A DNA stretch of 64,000 nt from an uncultured delta proteobacterium (GCA_963727485.1 CAVSGM010000001.1:896001-960000); one strand, 5' to 3'; positions 16,418 through 27,991 are shown, numbered from the stretch's first letter. The notes: generated by a model not told the origin, from the letters alone. Made by a program: numbers and translations.

Positions 16418-17185
16418 ATGCACCTCGTCACCTGGAACGTGAACTCCATCCGCGCGCGCCTCGAGCGCACCCTCGAGTGGCTCGACGCCAACGCCCCCGA
16501 CGTCGTCTGCCTCCAGGAGCTCAAGGTCACCGACGACGACTTCCCGCTGGCGCCCTTCGCCGAGCGGGGGTGGCACGCGGCGACCCACGGGCAGAAGACC
16601 TACAACGGCGTGGCCATCCTCGCCCGCACCGAGCCGCGGGACGTGGTGCGCGGCCTCGGCGACGACGTGGACGACCCCCAGGCCCGGTTCATCTGCGCCA
16701 CCGTCGACGGGATCCGCGTCGCCAGCGTCTACGTCCCCAACGGCAGCGAGGTGGGCTCGGAGAAGTGGGACTACAAGCGCGCCTTCTACCGGCGGCTGGC
16801 GGCCTGGCTGAAGCGCAACGTGCGCAAGGACGCGCCGTTTGCCCTCTGCGGCGACCTCAACGTCGCCCCTGACGAACGCGACGTGGAGAACCCCGACCAG
16901 TGGGCGTCGACGGTCCTCTTCCACCCCGACGCCCGGGCCGACCTGAAGTCGCTCCTCGACACCGGCCTCGAGGACGCCTTCCGCCTCCACCACGACGAGG
17001 GCGGCCTCTACTCCTGGTGGGACTACCGCCGCCTGGGCTTCCCCAAGAACGACGGCCTGCGCATCGACCACGTGCTGGTGACCGAGGCGCTGGCCGGGCG
17101 GATCACCGGCTCGCGGATCGACCGCGAGGCGCGCAAGGGCCAGAAGCCCTCGGACCACGCGCCGGTCCTCGTCGAGATCGACTGA
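16418..17185 (+). CDS. xth: Exodeoxyribonuclease III
   Basis: TWNVNSIRAR, LQELK, YNGVAI, YVPNG, GDLN, SWWDYR, RIDH, SDHAP. Confidence 0.95.
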   Translation: MHLVTWNVNSIRARLERTLEWLDANAPDVVCLQELKVTDDDFPLAPFAERGWHAATHGQKTYNGVAILARTEPRDVVRGLGDDVDDPQARFICATVDGIRVASVYVPNGSEVGSEKWDYKRAFYRRLAAWLKRNVRKDAPFALCGDLNVAPDERDVENPDQWASTVLFHPDARADLKSLLDTGLEDAFRLHHDEGGLYSWWDYRRLGFPKNDGLRIDHVLVTEALAGRITGSRIDREARKGQKPSDHAPVLVEID

Positions 17186-17231
17186 AGCCCCGGCCGCCGG
17201 GCCCTGGAGGCGCCGGCGGCCCCAGGGCAGG

Positions 17232-17573
17232 TCAGCTTCCGGTGCTTCGGTCCTGGAGGCGGTCGGCGTAGGCCTTGAGCTGGCGCTCGGCGGCGCGGAA
17301 GGCGTCGTTGACCGCCGCGTAGACGTCCTCGTGCTCCGGCGCGGCGCTGCCGTCCCGGCCCACCACCAGCTCCTGGCCGGGGACGGAGAGATCGATGGCC
17401 ACCCGGAACTTGTTCCCGTGGCGGTGGCTCTTGTGCGGCGACTCGACCACCACCCGACACCCGGTGATCCCGGAGAAGATCCCGTCGAGCCTCGCCGCCT
17501 TCTTGTGGATGATGCGGTTCACGGCGTCGGACGGATCCATGTCTCGGTAGGTGATCTGGACGGACGCGGTCAT
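17232..17573 (-). CDS. HPF/RaiA-family ribosome-associated protein
   Basis: VQITYR.M..SDA, CRVVVE.PH, VPGQELVV, DVYAAVNDAF..AERQL. Confidence 0.85.
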   Translation of the reverse strand: MTASVQITYRDMDPSDAVNRIIHKKAARLDGIFSGITGCRVVVESPHKSHRHGNKFRVAIDLSVPGQELVVGRDGSAAPEHEDVYAAVNDAFRAAERQLKAYADRLQDRSTGS

Positions 17574-17781
17574 CGTGACCTCCGGTTGGGGGGAGGCGGC
17601 GTGCCTCCCCAACTCCAGTGTGTTGCAGAGGGGGCCCGTCAGGCAAACCCGTCACGCCAAGGTGGCGAGGTGCGTAGGCGGCTACGCGCCCGGCCGCCGC
17701 GGGCTGGCTCGCAACGCACTGGAATCACGGTGGCCGCCGCCGCGACGCGCTGCGGCATGAGCCTTGCTTCGGCACCGGGGC

Positions 17782-18207
17782 ATGCCCCGCCGTGCCCAGG
17801 CCCGCCACCACGCCCTGCGCTTCAGCCGCAGCCTCGTCGTCGGGGCGGTGGCGACGGCGGTGGATCTCGCCGTCCTCACCACCCTGGTGCAGGTCTTCGG
17901 CGTGTCGGCGCAGTGGGCCAACGTCCCGAGCCTCCTCGCCGGGCTCACCGTCCAGTTCCTGGGGAACCGGACGTTTGTCTTCAAGGCGAACAAAGGCCGT
18001 CTTTCCAGGCAGTTGGGCGCCTTCGTGGCCGCCGAGGCCGGGGCGCTGGCCCTCAACGCCCTGGGCTTCGCGGCGCTGGTCGCCTGGTCGCCGGTGCCCT
18101 ACCCGCTGGCCCGGCTCCTGGGCGAGATGGTGGTCTACGTCGGGTACAGTTACCCCTTGTGGCACAAGGTGTTTCGGGACCCTCCGGTGACCGCCGGGCA
18201 ACCCTGA
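17782..18207 (+). CDS. GtrA-family membrane protein (putative lipid-sugar flippase)
   Basis: RFSRSLVVGAVATAVD, FLGNRTFVF, four TM segments, W.KVF end. Confidence 0.75.
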   Translation: MPRRAQARHHALRFSRSLVVGAVATAVDLAVLTTLVQVFGVSAQWANVPSLLAGLTVQFLGNRTFVFKANKGRLSRQLGAFVAAEAGALALNALGFAALVAWSPVPYPLARLLGEMVVYVGYSYPLWHKVFRDPPVTAGQP

Positions 18208-18264
18208 TCGCGGCCCTGATCGGGACACTTTGCTTGGGCGCTCAAGGGGAGTAGGTTCCCCGCC

Positions 18265-19551
<1,287 letters not shown>

Positions 19552-19631
19552 TCTCGCGCCTCGCGGGTGTCCTTTCGGGCCGGCGTTCTCCACGTTGCGT
19601 GGGGCGCCGGCCCGCCTAGGTTTCGGCAACG

Positions 19632-20072
19632 ATGAAAGAGCTCAACTCGGATCCCGAACTTCGCCGCGTCCTCGAGTCGGTCAACACCATTGCCGTCATC
19701 GGGGCGCACTTCAAGCCGGAGCGGCCGGCCTACTACGTGCCCGAGTACCTGAAGGCCCAGGGCTACCGGGTGCTCCCGGTGAACCCGGTCCACGTGGGCA
19801 AGGAGATCCTCGGCGAGACGGTGGTCGCCCGGGCCGACGAGCTCTCCGAGCCGGTGGACATGGTCGACGTGTTCCGGCGCTCGGAGGCGGTGCCCGGCCA
19901 CCTCGAGGAGATCCTGGCGATGAAGCCCCTGCCCAAGGTGGTCTGGCTCCAGCAGGGCATCCGCAACGACGAGGTGGCCGAGAAGCTCATGGCCGCGGGC
20001 ATCGAGGTGGTCCAGGACCACTGCGCGCTGGCCGAGCACAAGCGGCTGCACGTGCCGCCCAAGGCCGCGTAG
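19632..20072 (+). CDS. CoA-binding protein (YccU-like)
   Basis: IAVIGA, YLKAQGYRVLPVNP, DMVDVFR, VWLQQGI. Confidence 0.9.
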   Translation: MKELNSDPELRRVLESVNTIAVIGAHFKPERPAYYVPEYLKAQGYRVLPVNPVHVGKEILGETVVARADELSEPVDMVDVFRRSEAVPGHLEEILAMKPLPKVVWLQQGIRNDEVAEKLMAAGIEVVQDHCALAEHKRLHVPPKAA

Positions 20073-20081
20073 TATCGCGGC

Positions 20082-21242
20082 ATGAGCAAGCGCCACCCGG
20101 GAAAGCACAGGAAGCACTCCCGGCGCCGGTCCCCGCGGACGCCGGGGCAGGCGCCGGGGACCCTCGTCGCCGAGCCCGAGGCCGAGGCCCCGCGGATCAC
20201 GGTGATGGGCTACGGCCCCGACGCCTACGAGGAGGCCGAGCTCACCGGCGTCGCCGAGCTCGACCGCTTCCAGGGCAAGTGGCCGGTGCTCTGGGTGAAC
20301 GTCGACGGGCTCGCCGACGCCGCGGTCATCGACGCCATCGGCAAGCGCTTCGGGCTCCACCCGCTCGCCCTCGAGGACGTCCTCAACACCCACCAGCGGG
20401 CGAAGGTGGAGCAGTACCCCGACCACCTCTTCGTGGTGGCCCGGGTGGTGAGCCTCGGGGACGGCGGGCCCGAGGGCGAGCAGCTCTCGATCTTCCTCGG
20501 CGAGGGCTTCGTGGTCACCTTCCAGGAGCGCCAGGGCGACCCGTTGGACCCGGTACGCCGGCGCATCCGCGAGGGCCGGCCCCTGATGCGCGCCGCCAAG
20601 GCCGACTACCTCGCCTACGCCATCCTCGACGCGGTGGTGGACCACTACTTCCCCATGCTCGAGGCCTACGGCGAGTACCTCGACGACCTCGAGGACGAGG
20701 TCATCTACCGGGCCGACCGGACGATGATCAGCAAGATCCACAAGACCCGCCGGGATCTCCTCGCCATCCGCCGGTCGGCGTGGCCGCTCCGCGAGGCCCT
20801 CAACTCCCTCATCCGCGACGAGAACGTCCTGGTCGGCGACAACACCCGCATCTACCTGCGCGACTGCTACGACCACGTCCTGCGCATCGTCGACCTGCTG
20901 GAGAACGACCGGGAGATCACCTCGGGGCTCATGGACGTCTACCTCTCGAGCCTCTCCAACAAGATGAACGAGGTGATGAAGCTCCTCACCATCATCGCCA
21001 CCATCTTCATCCCCCTGACCTTCATCGTCGGCGTGTACGGGATGAACTTCGACCGCGCCAGCCCCTACAACATGCCGGAGCTGGGGTGGCGCTACGGGTA
21101 CCTGGCGACCTGGGGGGTGATGGTGGTGATCGCGGTGATCATGACCATCTACTTCTGGCGCAAGGGGTGGATCGGGCCGGCGGTGGAGCGGCCCCAGGAC
21201 GAGGAGATCGAGGAGGCCGGGGGGCCGGATCTGGGGGAGTAG
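20082..21242 (+). CDS. corA: Magnesium/cobalt transporter CorA
   Basis: LHPLALED, MNEVMK.LT, YGMNF signature, MPEL. Confidence 0.95.
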   Translation: MSKRHPGKHRKHSRRRSPRTPGQAPGTLVAEPEAEAPRITVMGYGPDAYEEAELTGVAELDRFQGKWPVLWVNVDGLADAAVIDAIGKRFGLHPLALEDVLNTHQRAKVEQYPDHLFVVARVVSLGDGGPEGEQLSIFLGEGFVVTFQERQGDPLDPVRRRIREGRPLMRAAKADYLAYAILDAVVDHYFPMLEAYGEYLDDLEDEVIYRADRTMISKIHKTRRDLLAIRRSAWPLREALNSLIRDENVLVGDNTRIYLRDCYDHVLRIVDLLENDREITSGLMDVYLSSLSNKMNEVMKLLTIIATIFIPLTFIVGVYGMNFDRASPYNMPELGWRYGYLATWGVMVVIAVIMTIYFWRKGWIGPAVERPQDEEIEEAGGPDLGE

Positions 21243-21254
21243 GGGGGCCTGGCC

Positions 21255-21672
21255 CTAGCTGGACAGCGGCGCCCGGCTGTACTTGAGCCACCCCGAAGCG
21301 ACCACGCCCCACACGGCGTTGAAGAAGAGCACCATGACCGGCGTCAGCGCGCCGTGGGCCAGCCCGAAGTACCGGGCGCCGCCGTGGGGCATCAGGTAGA
21401 GCAGCGTCACCGCCGAGGGGCCCAGCGAGAAGATCGAGCCCCCGGAGGACCCACTTGCCCGGCGCCATGGGGAGGATGAACAGCGCCCCCCAGATGCCGC
21501 CCCAGACCATGCGCTGGTAGAGCCAGTACTTGGCCAGCGGCGGGGCGATGTGGACGCCGAGGGCCCCGGACCACCCGGCGTGGCCGAACCACCAGACCAC
21601 CAGGGAGTTGGCGAGGCCGCCGAGGGCGCCGGCGGCGAAGACGGCGGAGAGGACGAGGGCGAAGCGGCGCAT
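21255..21672 (-). CDS. Hypothetical membrane protein (frameshift near 21440)
   Basis: MRRFALVLSAVFAAGALGG..LYQRMVWGGIWG continuing as SIFSLGPS..FNAVWG in another frame. Confidence 0.7.
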
Positions 21673-21688
21673 GGCGTCTCCCGCCCGC

Positions 21689-23265
21689 TCACGATTCGGC
21701 GGCGGGCTCGAGTCGGGCGATGTCGTCTGAAGCCGCGACCCGCGCCCGGGGCAGGTAGCGACCGCCGTCGAGCTGCTGCAGGTAGCTGACCAGATGCTCG
21801 CGCAGCGCGCAACGCAGATCCCAGGCCTTGGAGGAATCGGCGGCGGAGACAAGGGCGCGCAGCTCGACGGTGTGCTCGGAGACGTTGGTGACCACCAGGC
21901 CCGAGGTCTTGCCGTCCCACTCGGCCCGGGTCTTCACGAAGCGGGTCACCTCGTCGCGGAGCTTCTCCACGGGCACGGTGTAGTCGGCGTAGAGGAAGAC
22001 GGTGCCCAGAAGGTCCGGATCCTTCTTGGTCCAGTTCTGGAAGGGGCTCGAGAGGAACCGATCGATGGGGATCACCAGGCGCCGGAGGTCCCAGACCTTG
22101 AGCACCGCGTAGGTGAGGGTGAGCTCCTCGATGGTCCCCCACTCGCCCTCGACGATGACCACGTCGCCGAGGCGCACCGGCTGGGTGATGGAGAGCTGGA
22201 TGCCCGCCAGCAGCATGGAGATGGACTTCTGGGCGGCGAGCCCGATGACGATCCCGGCGACGCCGGCGGAGGCGAGGAGCGAGGTGCCGAGGTTTCGCAG
22301 CCCCTGGAACTGGAGGAGGAGCAGGGCGCCGCCGAGGACCACCAGGATCACGTCGGCGACCCGGCGCAGGACCACGATCTGGGTCTTGGCGCCCCGGGTG
22401 TGCTGCACGTCGCCGCCGTGGTCGGCGAGGCGGGCCTCGAGGAGGTCGGCGATGAGCCCCACGCCCCGGAGCCCGGCCCAGGTGAGGACGAGCACCAGGC
22501 CGCTCTTGGTGACGTGGTCCACCGCGGACTGGGCGGGGACGGCGAGGTGGAGGAGGCCCGCGCCGGCGGCGAAGGTCCCCAGGCCCAGGAGGGCCTTCAC
22601 CGGGCCCGAGGCGGCGCGGATGAGCGCGTCGTCCCAGCTCACCTTGGTGCGCCGGGCGAGGCGCAGGCCCACGAACCGGAAGGCGGCGCCGAGGAGCAGG
22701 GCCACCACGAAGGCGGCGAGGAGCGAGAGGCCGAGGCCGAGCCACTGCCAGGCGTCCACCTCGAGGAAGCGCACCCGGAAGAACACCGGCGGGAGCACCT
22801 CGCCGACCCAGCCGACGCCGTAGCGGTCCCAGAGCCGGGGGATGGCGTCGACGGTGTCGGCGCTCACGCGCCAGGCGGGGCGGCCCTCGGCTCCGGGGCC
22901 CCGCTCGAGGCGGACGGGGACCTTGGCGTGGTCGACGGGGATCGTCACCGACGGTCACGGTGCCCGGGGGCGTGCCGGCGTCGGGGGTGTCGGGGACCTG
23001 CTTCCAGGTGATCCACAGGGTCTGGTCGAGGATGAGCTTGAGCTTCCAGGCGAGGCGGGGGGCCTGCTTCTGGCGCTCGGCGGCCGAGAGCTCGGAGAGG
23101 TCGAGGGCCTCGGCGGCCCGGGCGTAGTGGCCGGCCCGGGCCTGGTCGATGAAGGTCCGCAGGGCCTTCCGGGGGGTGGTCAGAATCCACCGGGTTGGCG
23201 GCCCGGGCGGCCGGGAGCGCGAGGACGAGGAGACAGGGGAGGGCAAGGCGCGCAAGAGGTCGCAT
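21689..23265 (-). CDS. Mechanosensitive ion channel (MscS family) with periplasmic N-domain; frameshifts near 23185 and 22945
   Basis: LLASAGVAGIVIGLAAQ, QPVRLGDVV.VEGEWGTIEE, WDLRRL, FQNW; N-terminal signal peptide and TPR.ALRTF motif. Confidence 0.88.
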
Positions 23266-23359
23266 CAGGGCAGACCCTAGCCATTCCATGGGGTTCGGCA
23301 ACCATGTAAGGGCCCGGTAAGGCTGCCTCGCAGGATCTGCGTGCTACCTCCTAGACCTC

Positions 23360-23566
23360 GTGAAGCGCATGACCGCCATGGCCGTGGGGCTCGCAGGCCT
23401 CGTCTTCCTACCCGGTTGCCCGCCGAAGGGCGCCGCGGTTCCCCGGACGTGCACCCACCTGGGTCAGCAGTGCGACCTGGGCGGGGGCGTGCTCGGGGTG
23501 TGCAACGCCACCTCCACCGGCACCTGCGACGGAGGCCTCTGCCTCGTCTGCGCCCCCCAGCACTAG
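23360..23566 (+). CDS. Small Cys-rich lipoprotein
   Basis: Lipobox FLPGC then six further Cys in about 45 aa; immediately upstream of the next gene. Confidence 0.6.
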   Translation: MKRMTAMAVGLAGLVFLPGCPPKGAAVPRTCTHLGQQCDLGGGVLGVCNATSTGTCDGGLCLVCAPQH

Positions 23567-23600
23567 AGGCGCTCCCACCCGCGCCTTCTTGGAGAAGACC

Positions 23601-25163
23601 ATGAACGTACGCACCAAGATCCTCGCCGTCGTCAGCGGCAGCCTGGGCCTGATGTGGATGTCGCCGGCGCTGGCCTACAGCTCGTACCTCCGCGACGTCC
23701 CCAACAGCGGCGTCTACGGCTGCGCCACCTGCCACCGGACCAGCGGTGGCAGCGGCGCCAACGACTATTACAACGCGCTGTACCCGGGGAGCCCGAACTG
23801 GTCCTCGGACTACAGCCAGGACGCCGACAACGACGGCCAGACCAACGGCCAGGAGCTCGGCGATCCCTGCGGCAACTGGAGCCCGGGCGCCTCGCCCCAG
23901 TACACCACGGGCCTCTCCAACCCCGGCGTCGCCAGCGACACCAACTCCATCGCCGCCTGCGGCGGCGGGGGCACCACCGACACCACGCCTCCCACGGCGA
24001 GCGTCACCTCGCCCGGCAGCGGGCAGACGGTGAAGGGCACGGTGACCATCTCGATCTCCGCCACCGACGATACGGGCGTGACCCGGGTGGACATCAAGGT
24101 CGACGGCAACACCATCCGGTCGGTGAACAGCGCCCCCTACACGGCGACCTGGGACACCACGAGCCTCTCCAACAACACCACCCACCACATCTCCGCCGAC
24201 GCCTACGACGCGGCGGGGAACATGGGCACCGCCTCGACGGTGACGGTCACGGTCAACAACCAGCCGGCGGGCGACACCACCCCGCCCACGGCGTCGACGA
24301 CCGCCCCGACCGGCGGGACCACGGTCTCCGGGACCTCGGTGACGCTCTCGGCCCTCGCCAAGGACAACGTTGGCGTGGATCACGTGGACTTCCTCATCGA
24401 CGATGGCGTCGTGGGGACCGCCCGGACCATCCCCTGGTCGTACAACTGGGACTCCACGACCGTTGGCGACGGGCACCACACCTACAAGGTCAACGCCTAC
24501 GACGCGGCCGGCAATGTCGGCTCCTCGGTCGGCGTCGACATCGTCGTCCAGAACACCACCAGCGGTGGAGGCGGCGGTGGAGGCGGCGGCGGCGGTGGTG
24601 GCACCGGCGCCACCGACAACACGCCGCCCCAGGTCGCGGTGAGCTCGCCGGCGGCAGGCACCACGGTCTCCGGGACCAGCGTCGCGGTGGCCGCGGACGC
24701 CACCGACAACGTGGCGGTGACCCGGGTCGACTTCAAGGTCGACGGCGCGGTGGTGGGCTCGGTCCTGGCCGCGCCCTACAGCACCACCTTCGACAGCACC
24801 TTCTTCGCCGACGGGTCCCACACCCTGACCGCCGAGGCCTTCGACGCCGCCGGCAACGTGGGCAAGTCCACCGGGATCAACATCTCCATCAGCAACGGCT
24901 CCGGGACCGGCGGCACCGGCGGCGGCACCGGCGGCAACGGTGGTGGCACCGGCGGCAACGGTGGTGGCACCGACGGCGGGACCGGTGGCAACACTGGGGG
25001 CAACGGGGGCAACGGGGGCAACGGCGGCGGCACCGACGGCGGGGTCACCACCCCGCCCCAGGCCGTGGGCGGCTGCTCGGTGAGCCCGGGGCAGAGCTCC
25101 TCGGCGTTCCTGGCCCTCTTCCTCCTCGCCGGGGGCCTGATCTTTGTACGCAAGCGCTGGTGA
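23601..25163 (+). CDS. Surface protein: temptin-like/CxxCH N-domain, three bacterial Ig-like repeats, Gly-rich linker, MYXO-CTERM-like anchor
   Basis: Signal peptide; CATCH; DADNDGQTNGQELGDPC; 3x D(T/N)TPP...A(Y/F)DAAGN; GGCSVS..hydrophobic..RKRW. Confidence 0.85.
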   Translation: MNVRTKILAVVSGSLGLMWMSPALAYSSYLRDVPNSGVYGCATCHRTSGGSGANDYYNALYPGSPNWSSDYSQDADNDGQTNGQELGDPCGNWSPGASPQYTTGLSNPGVASDTNSIAACGGGGTTDTTPPTASVTSPGSGQTVKGTVTISISATDDTGVTRVDIKVDGNTIRSVNSAPYTATWDTTSLSNNTTHHISADAYDAAGNMGTASTVTVTVNNQPAGDTTPPTASTTAPTGGTTVSGTSVTLSALAKDNVGVDHVDFLIDDGVVGTARTIPWSYNWDSTTVGDGHHTYKVNAYDAAGNVGSSVGVDIVVQNTTSGGGGGGGGGGGGGTGATDNTPPQVAVSSPAAGTTVSGTSVAVAADATDNVAVTRVDFKVDGAVVGSVLAAPYSTTFDSTFFADGSHTLTAEAFDAAGNVGKSTGINISISNGSGTGGTGGGTGGNGGGTGGNGGGTDGGTGGNTGGNGGNGGNGGGTDGGVTTPPQAVGGCSVSPGQSSSAFLALFLLAGGLIFVRKRW

Positions 25164-25193
25164 CTAGGTAGATAGGCGACACCGTCAGCGCCC

Positions 25194-25235
25194 ACGCCCC
25201 GTCGTGCCCTCGGGCCCGGCGGGGCGTTTTTCTTT
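25194..25235 (+). terminator. Rho-independent terminator
   Basis: ACGCCCCGTCG...CGGCGGGGCGT stem followed by a T-rich tract just after the surface-protein gene. Confidence 0.8.
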
Positions 25236-25314
25236 GGGGCCGGCCGCCTCTTGGGCCGCTTGAACTCCCCCCGCCGCGGTGCAAGATGGTGGCCTCGAAC
25301 CAGGAGACGACCCG

Positions 25315-25686
25315 ATGAACCTCGCACTGTGGATCGCCCAAGGGCTCCTCGCCGCGGCCTTCGCCATGGCCGGCCTGATGAAGACCTTCCGGCCCAAGGC
25401 GGCGCTCGCCAAGAACATGGGCTGGGTCGAGGACTTCTCACCGGGCTTGGTGAAGGCCATCGGCGTCCTCGAGCTCCTCGGCGCCTTCGGGGTGGTGCTG
25501 CCCTGGGCGCTGGGGATCGCGCCGGTGCTCACGCCCATCGCCGCCCTCGGGCTCATGCTGCTCATGGACGGCGCCGTGGTGGTCCACGTCCGCCGGAGGG
25601 AGCCGCCGCTGATGGTGCCGGCGATGGTGCTCGGGTTGCTCGCCACCTTCGTGGCGGCGGGGCGGTTCTTCGTGCACCTGGGGTAG
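25315..25686 (+). CDS. DoxX-family membrane protein
   Basis: MNLALWIAQGLLAAAFAMAGLMK, IGVLELLGA.G, LTPIAALGL, H.RRRE. Confidence 0.88.
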   Translation: MNLALWIAQGLLAAAFAMAGLMKTFRPKAALAKNMGWVEDFSPGLVKAIGVLELLGAFGVVLPWALGIAPVLTPIAALGLMLLMDGAVVVHVRRREPPLMVPAMVLGLLATFVAAGRFFVHLG

Positions 25687-25733
25687 GGCAGGGCGCCGGG
25701 GCCGCGCGCCGGCCCCGCCCCCGACGCTTCGGC

Positions 25734-26342
25734 ATGCTTCCCTCGACCCCAGACGACCTGTGCCCGGTGTGCGGCTGGGCCCTGCGCGAGGCGGCCTGGA
25801 GCGGCGGCGCGCCGTCCTGGGACACCTGCCCCGCCTGCGGGACGACCTTTGGTCTCGACGACGGCGCCGAGGCGGGCGTGCCGGACACCAACGCGGCGCG
25901 GGCGGAGGCGTGGGAGGCGCGGCGCGAGGCCTGGGTGGCGGCGGGGATGCCGTGGTCCTCGCCGGGTCACCCGTCGCCGGTGGGCTGGCGGCCCGGGCCG
26001 CTGCTGCGCCGTCTCGGCGGCGTCAGCCCCTGGGACCGCAGGGCCCTGGTGGACACCGCCGAGGGGATCCTCGGCGGCGAGGTGCCGGTGCCAGGCGGCG
26101 TCCGGTCCCTGGTCACCAGGCTCTCCGAGGTCGCCCCGGCGCTGCTGGAGTCGGGGCCCGGGCAGGGGCTGCGGGAGGTGGACTCGGCGCTGGGCGGCTA
26201 CCCCCAGGGCGAGGCGCGGTCCCTCTGGGACCCGGCGTACCTGGCGCGCCTCGACGCCGAGCTCGAGGCCTACCTGGAGCGGGTGCGGCCGTCGGTCGAG
26301 GCGCACTGCCGGGGGCTGGTGGCGCGCCTGGCCAAGGGGTAG
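25734..26342 (+). CDS. Hypothetical protein with N-terminal Zn-ribbon (CPVCG...CPACG)
   Basis: MLPSTPDDLCPVCGW...WDTCPACGTTFGLDD, then a helical C-terminal region. Confidence 0.65.
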   Translation: MLPSTPDDLCPVCGWALREAAWSGGAPSWDTCPACGTTFGLDDGAEAGVPDTNAARAEAWEARREAWVAAGMPWSSPGHPSPVGWRPGPLLRRLGGVSPWDRRALVDTAEGILGGEVPVPGGVRSLVTRLSEVAPALLESGPGQGLREVDSALGGYPQGEARSLWDPAYLARLDAELEAYLERVRPSVEAHCRGLVARLAKG

Positions 26343-26415
26343 CGGGCGGGTTCAGGACGCCAGGGTCAAGCCCAGTGGTAGGCGCCGGCTCGTCGGCTTT
26401 GGTCGATTCTTCTGG

Positions 26416-26436
26416 AAGTAACGTTCGGCGTTACTT
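26416..26436. promoter_or_regulatory. Inverted repeat, probable AbiEi operator
   Basis: Perfect AT-rich palindrome AAGTAACG-TTCGG-CGTTACTT directly upstream of abiEi. Confidence 0.6.
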
Positions 26437-26446
26437 TCGCTAGGAA

Positions 26447-27134
26447 TTGACCGGAGGCCAGTACATGGACCTGGTGGCGCGGGGACGCCACCACTTCACC
26501 ACCGACGAGGCCGTGGCCGCGATTGGTGGCAGCCTGCCGGCCGTACGCGCCCAGCTCCGGCGTCTCAAGGCGGCCGGTCGCATCGCCACCCCAATGCGCT
26601 CGTTCCACGTGGTGGTGCCGCCGGAGTACCGCCGCCTGGGCTGCCTCCCAGCGGAGCAGTTCATCGACGCCCTGATGTCCGTCCTGCAGGAGCCCTACTG
26701 CGTAGGGCTCCTCTCGGCCGTCGAGCGCCATGGCGTGGCCCACCAGAGGCCCCAGGCCCTGCAGGTCATGGTCCGGCGGAATCGGCCGGCCATCACCTGC
26801 GGCGAGGTCCGCGTGCACTTCGTCGCGCGGCATGACCTCGAGCGCCAGCCGGTGACCCTCATGAACACCCCACGCGGGGCTGTCCGCTACGCAACGCCGG
26901 AAGTCACGGCCCTGGACCTGGTGGGCCATCCGGACCGCGCCGGGGGCGTGGACAACGTGGCCACCGTGATCGACGAGCTGGCGGAGGTGATGGATCCGGC
27001 ACGGCTCGTGGCGGCGGCGGGCCTGGCGCCGGTGGCGTGGTCAAGCGCCTGGGGTTCCTCCTCGAGCGGACAGGGCGCCGCGGTCTCCGCGCTGGAAGCT
27101 GTTCGTCAACGTCGACGTGGAGGCCGAGGCGTGA
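26447..27134 (+). pseudogene. Type IV TA antitoxin AbiEi family (frameshifted, likely internally deleted)
   Basis: GRHHFTT, IVPPEY-like VVPPEYR..G, YCVGLLSA..HG.AHQRPQ, TPEVTALDL, RLGFLLE, RWKLFVN.DVE. Confidence 0.8.
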
Positions 27135-27877
27135 TCCGCGCGACTTCGTCACCGAGTGGCGGGCGCGCGCCCCCTGGGTACAGGACGCACAGGTCGAGCA
27201 GGACCTCGTCATCAGCCGGGCACTCGTCGAGCACTTCGGTGACGCGGGCATCGCGAGCCGCCTCGCGTTCCGTGGAGGCACCGCGCTCCACAAGCTGCAC
27301 CTGGCACCCGCGGCCCGTTACTCCGAGGACATCGACCTGGTGCAGGTGGCCGGCGGGCCCATCGGAGAGACGCTGGATCGGGTGCGCGGTGTGCTCGATC
27401 CCTGGCCTGGCGCGCCGCTGCGCCCGAAGATCGAAATGTACTCACGGGAGCACTTCACGTTGCTCGGGCACGTCCGCCAGCGATTCCACGTCGACAGCCG
27501 ATGGTTCTCCGGCGACTCGGAGATCACTACCTTCGCCCCGGACGAGCTGCTGGCCACCAAGCTGCGCGCTCTGTAGCAGCGCAAGAAGGGCCGGGATTTC
27601 TTCGACCTCTGGTCGGCGCTGGACCGGGGTCTCATCCAACCCGCGCGCCTCGTCGAGTGCTTCGGTGCGTACATGGACCACGGCGGGACACCGGTGAGCC
27701 GGGCCCAATTCGAGGCCAAACCTGGCGGCGAAGGCCGAATACCGGGACTTCCAGCAGGCCGTGTCGCCGCTCTTGCGGCCGGGGATCGCCTGGGAGTTCG
27801 CTCGTGCGCTGGACGACGTTCGCGAGGTGCTGTTGGTGTGGCTTCCGGGGGATCCCTGGAAAGGGGACGGCGGGTGA
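27131..27877 (+). pseudogene. Type IV TA toxin AbiEii nucleotidyltransferase (nonsense codon, frameshifts, deletion)
   Basis: GTGA overlap; QVEQDLVISRAL, FRGGTALHK, RYSEDIDLV, KLRAL*QRKKGRDFFDL with TAG at 27574-27576. Confidence 0.85.
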
Positions 27878-27991
27878 CGAAGCCGCCGGGCTGCGGCCAG
27901 GACTTTCGGCAGTGACGCCGCGCAAACGGCTTTGACCGGCCGCCCCACTTGGGGTCAGATGGTCCGGTTCCGGGGGAACCGAGAGGACCAC

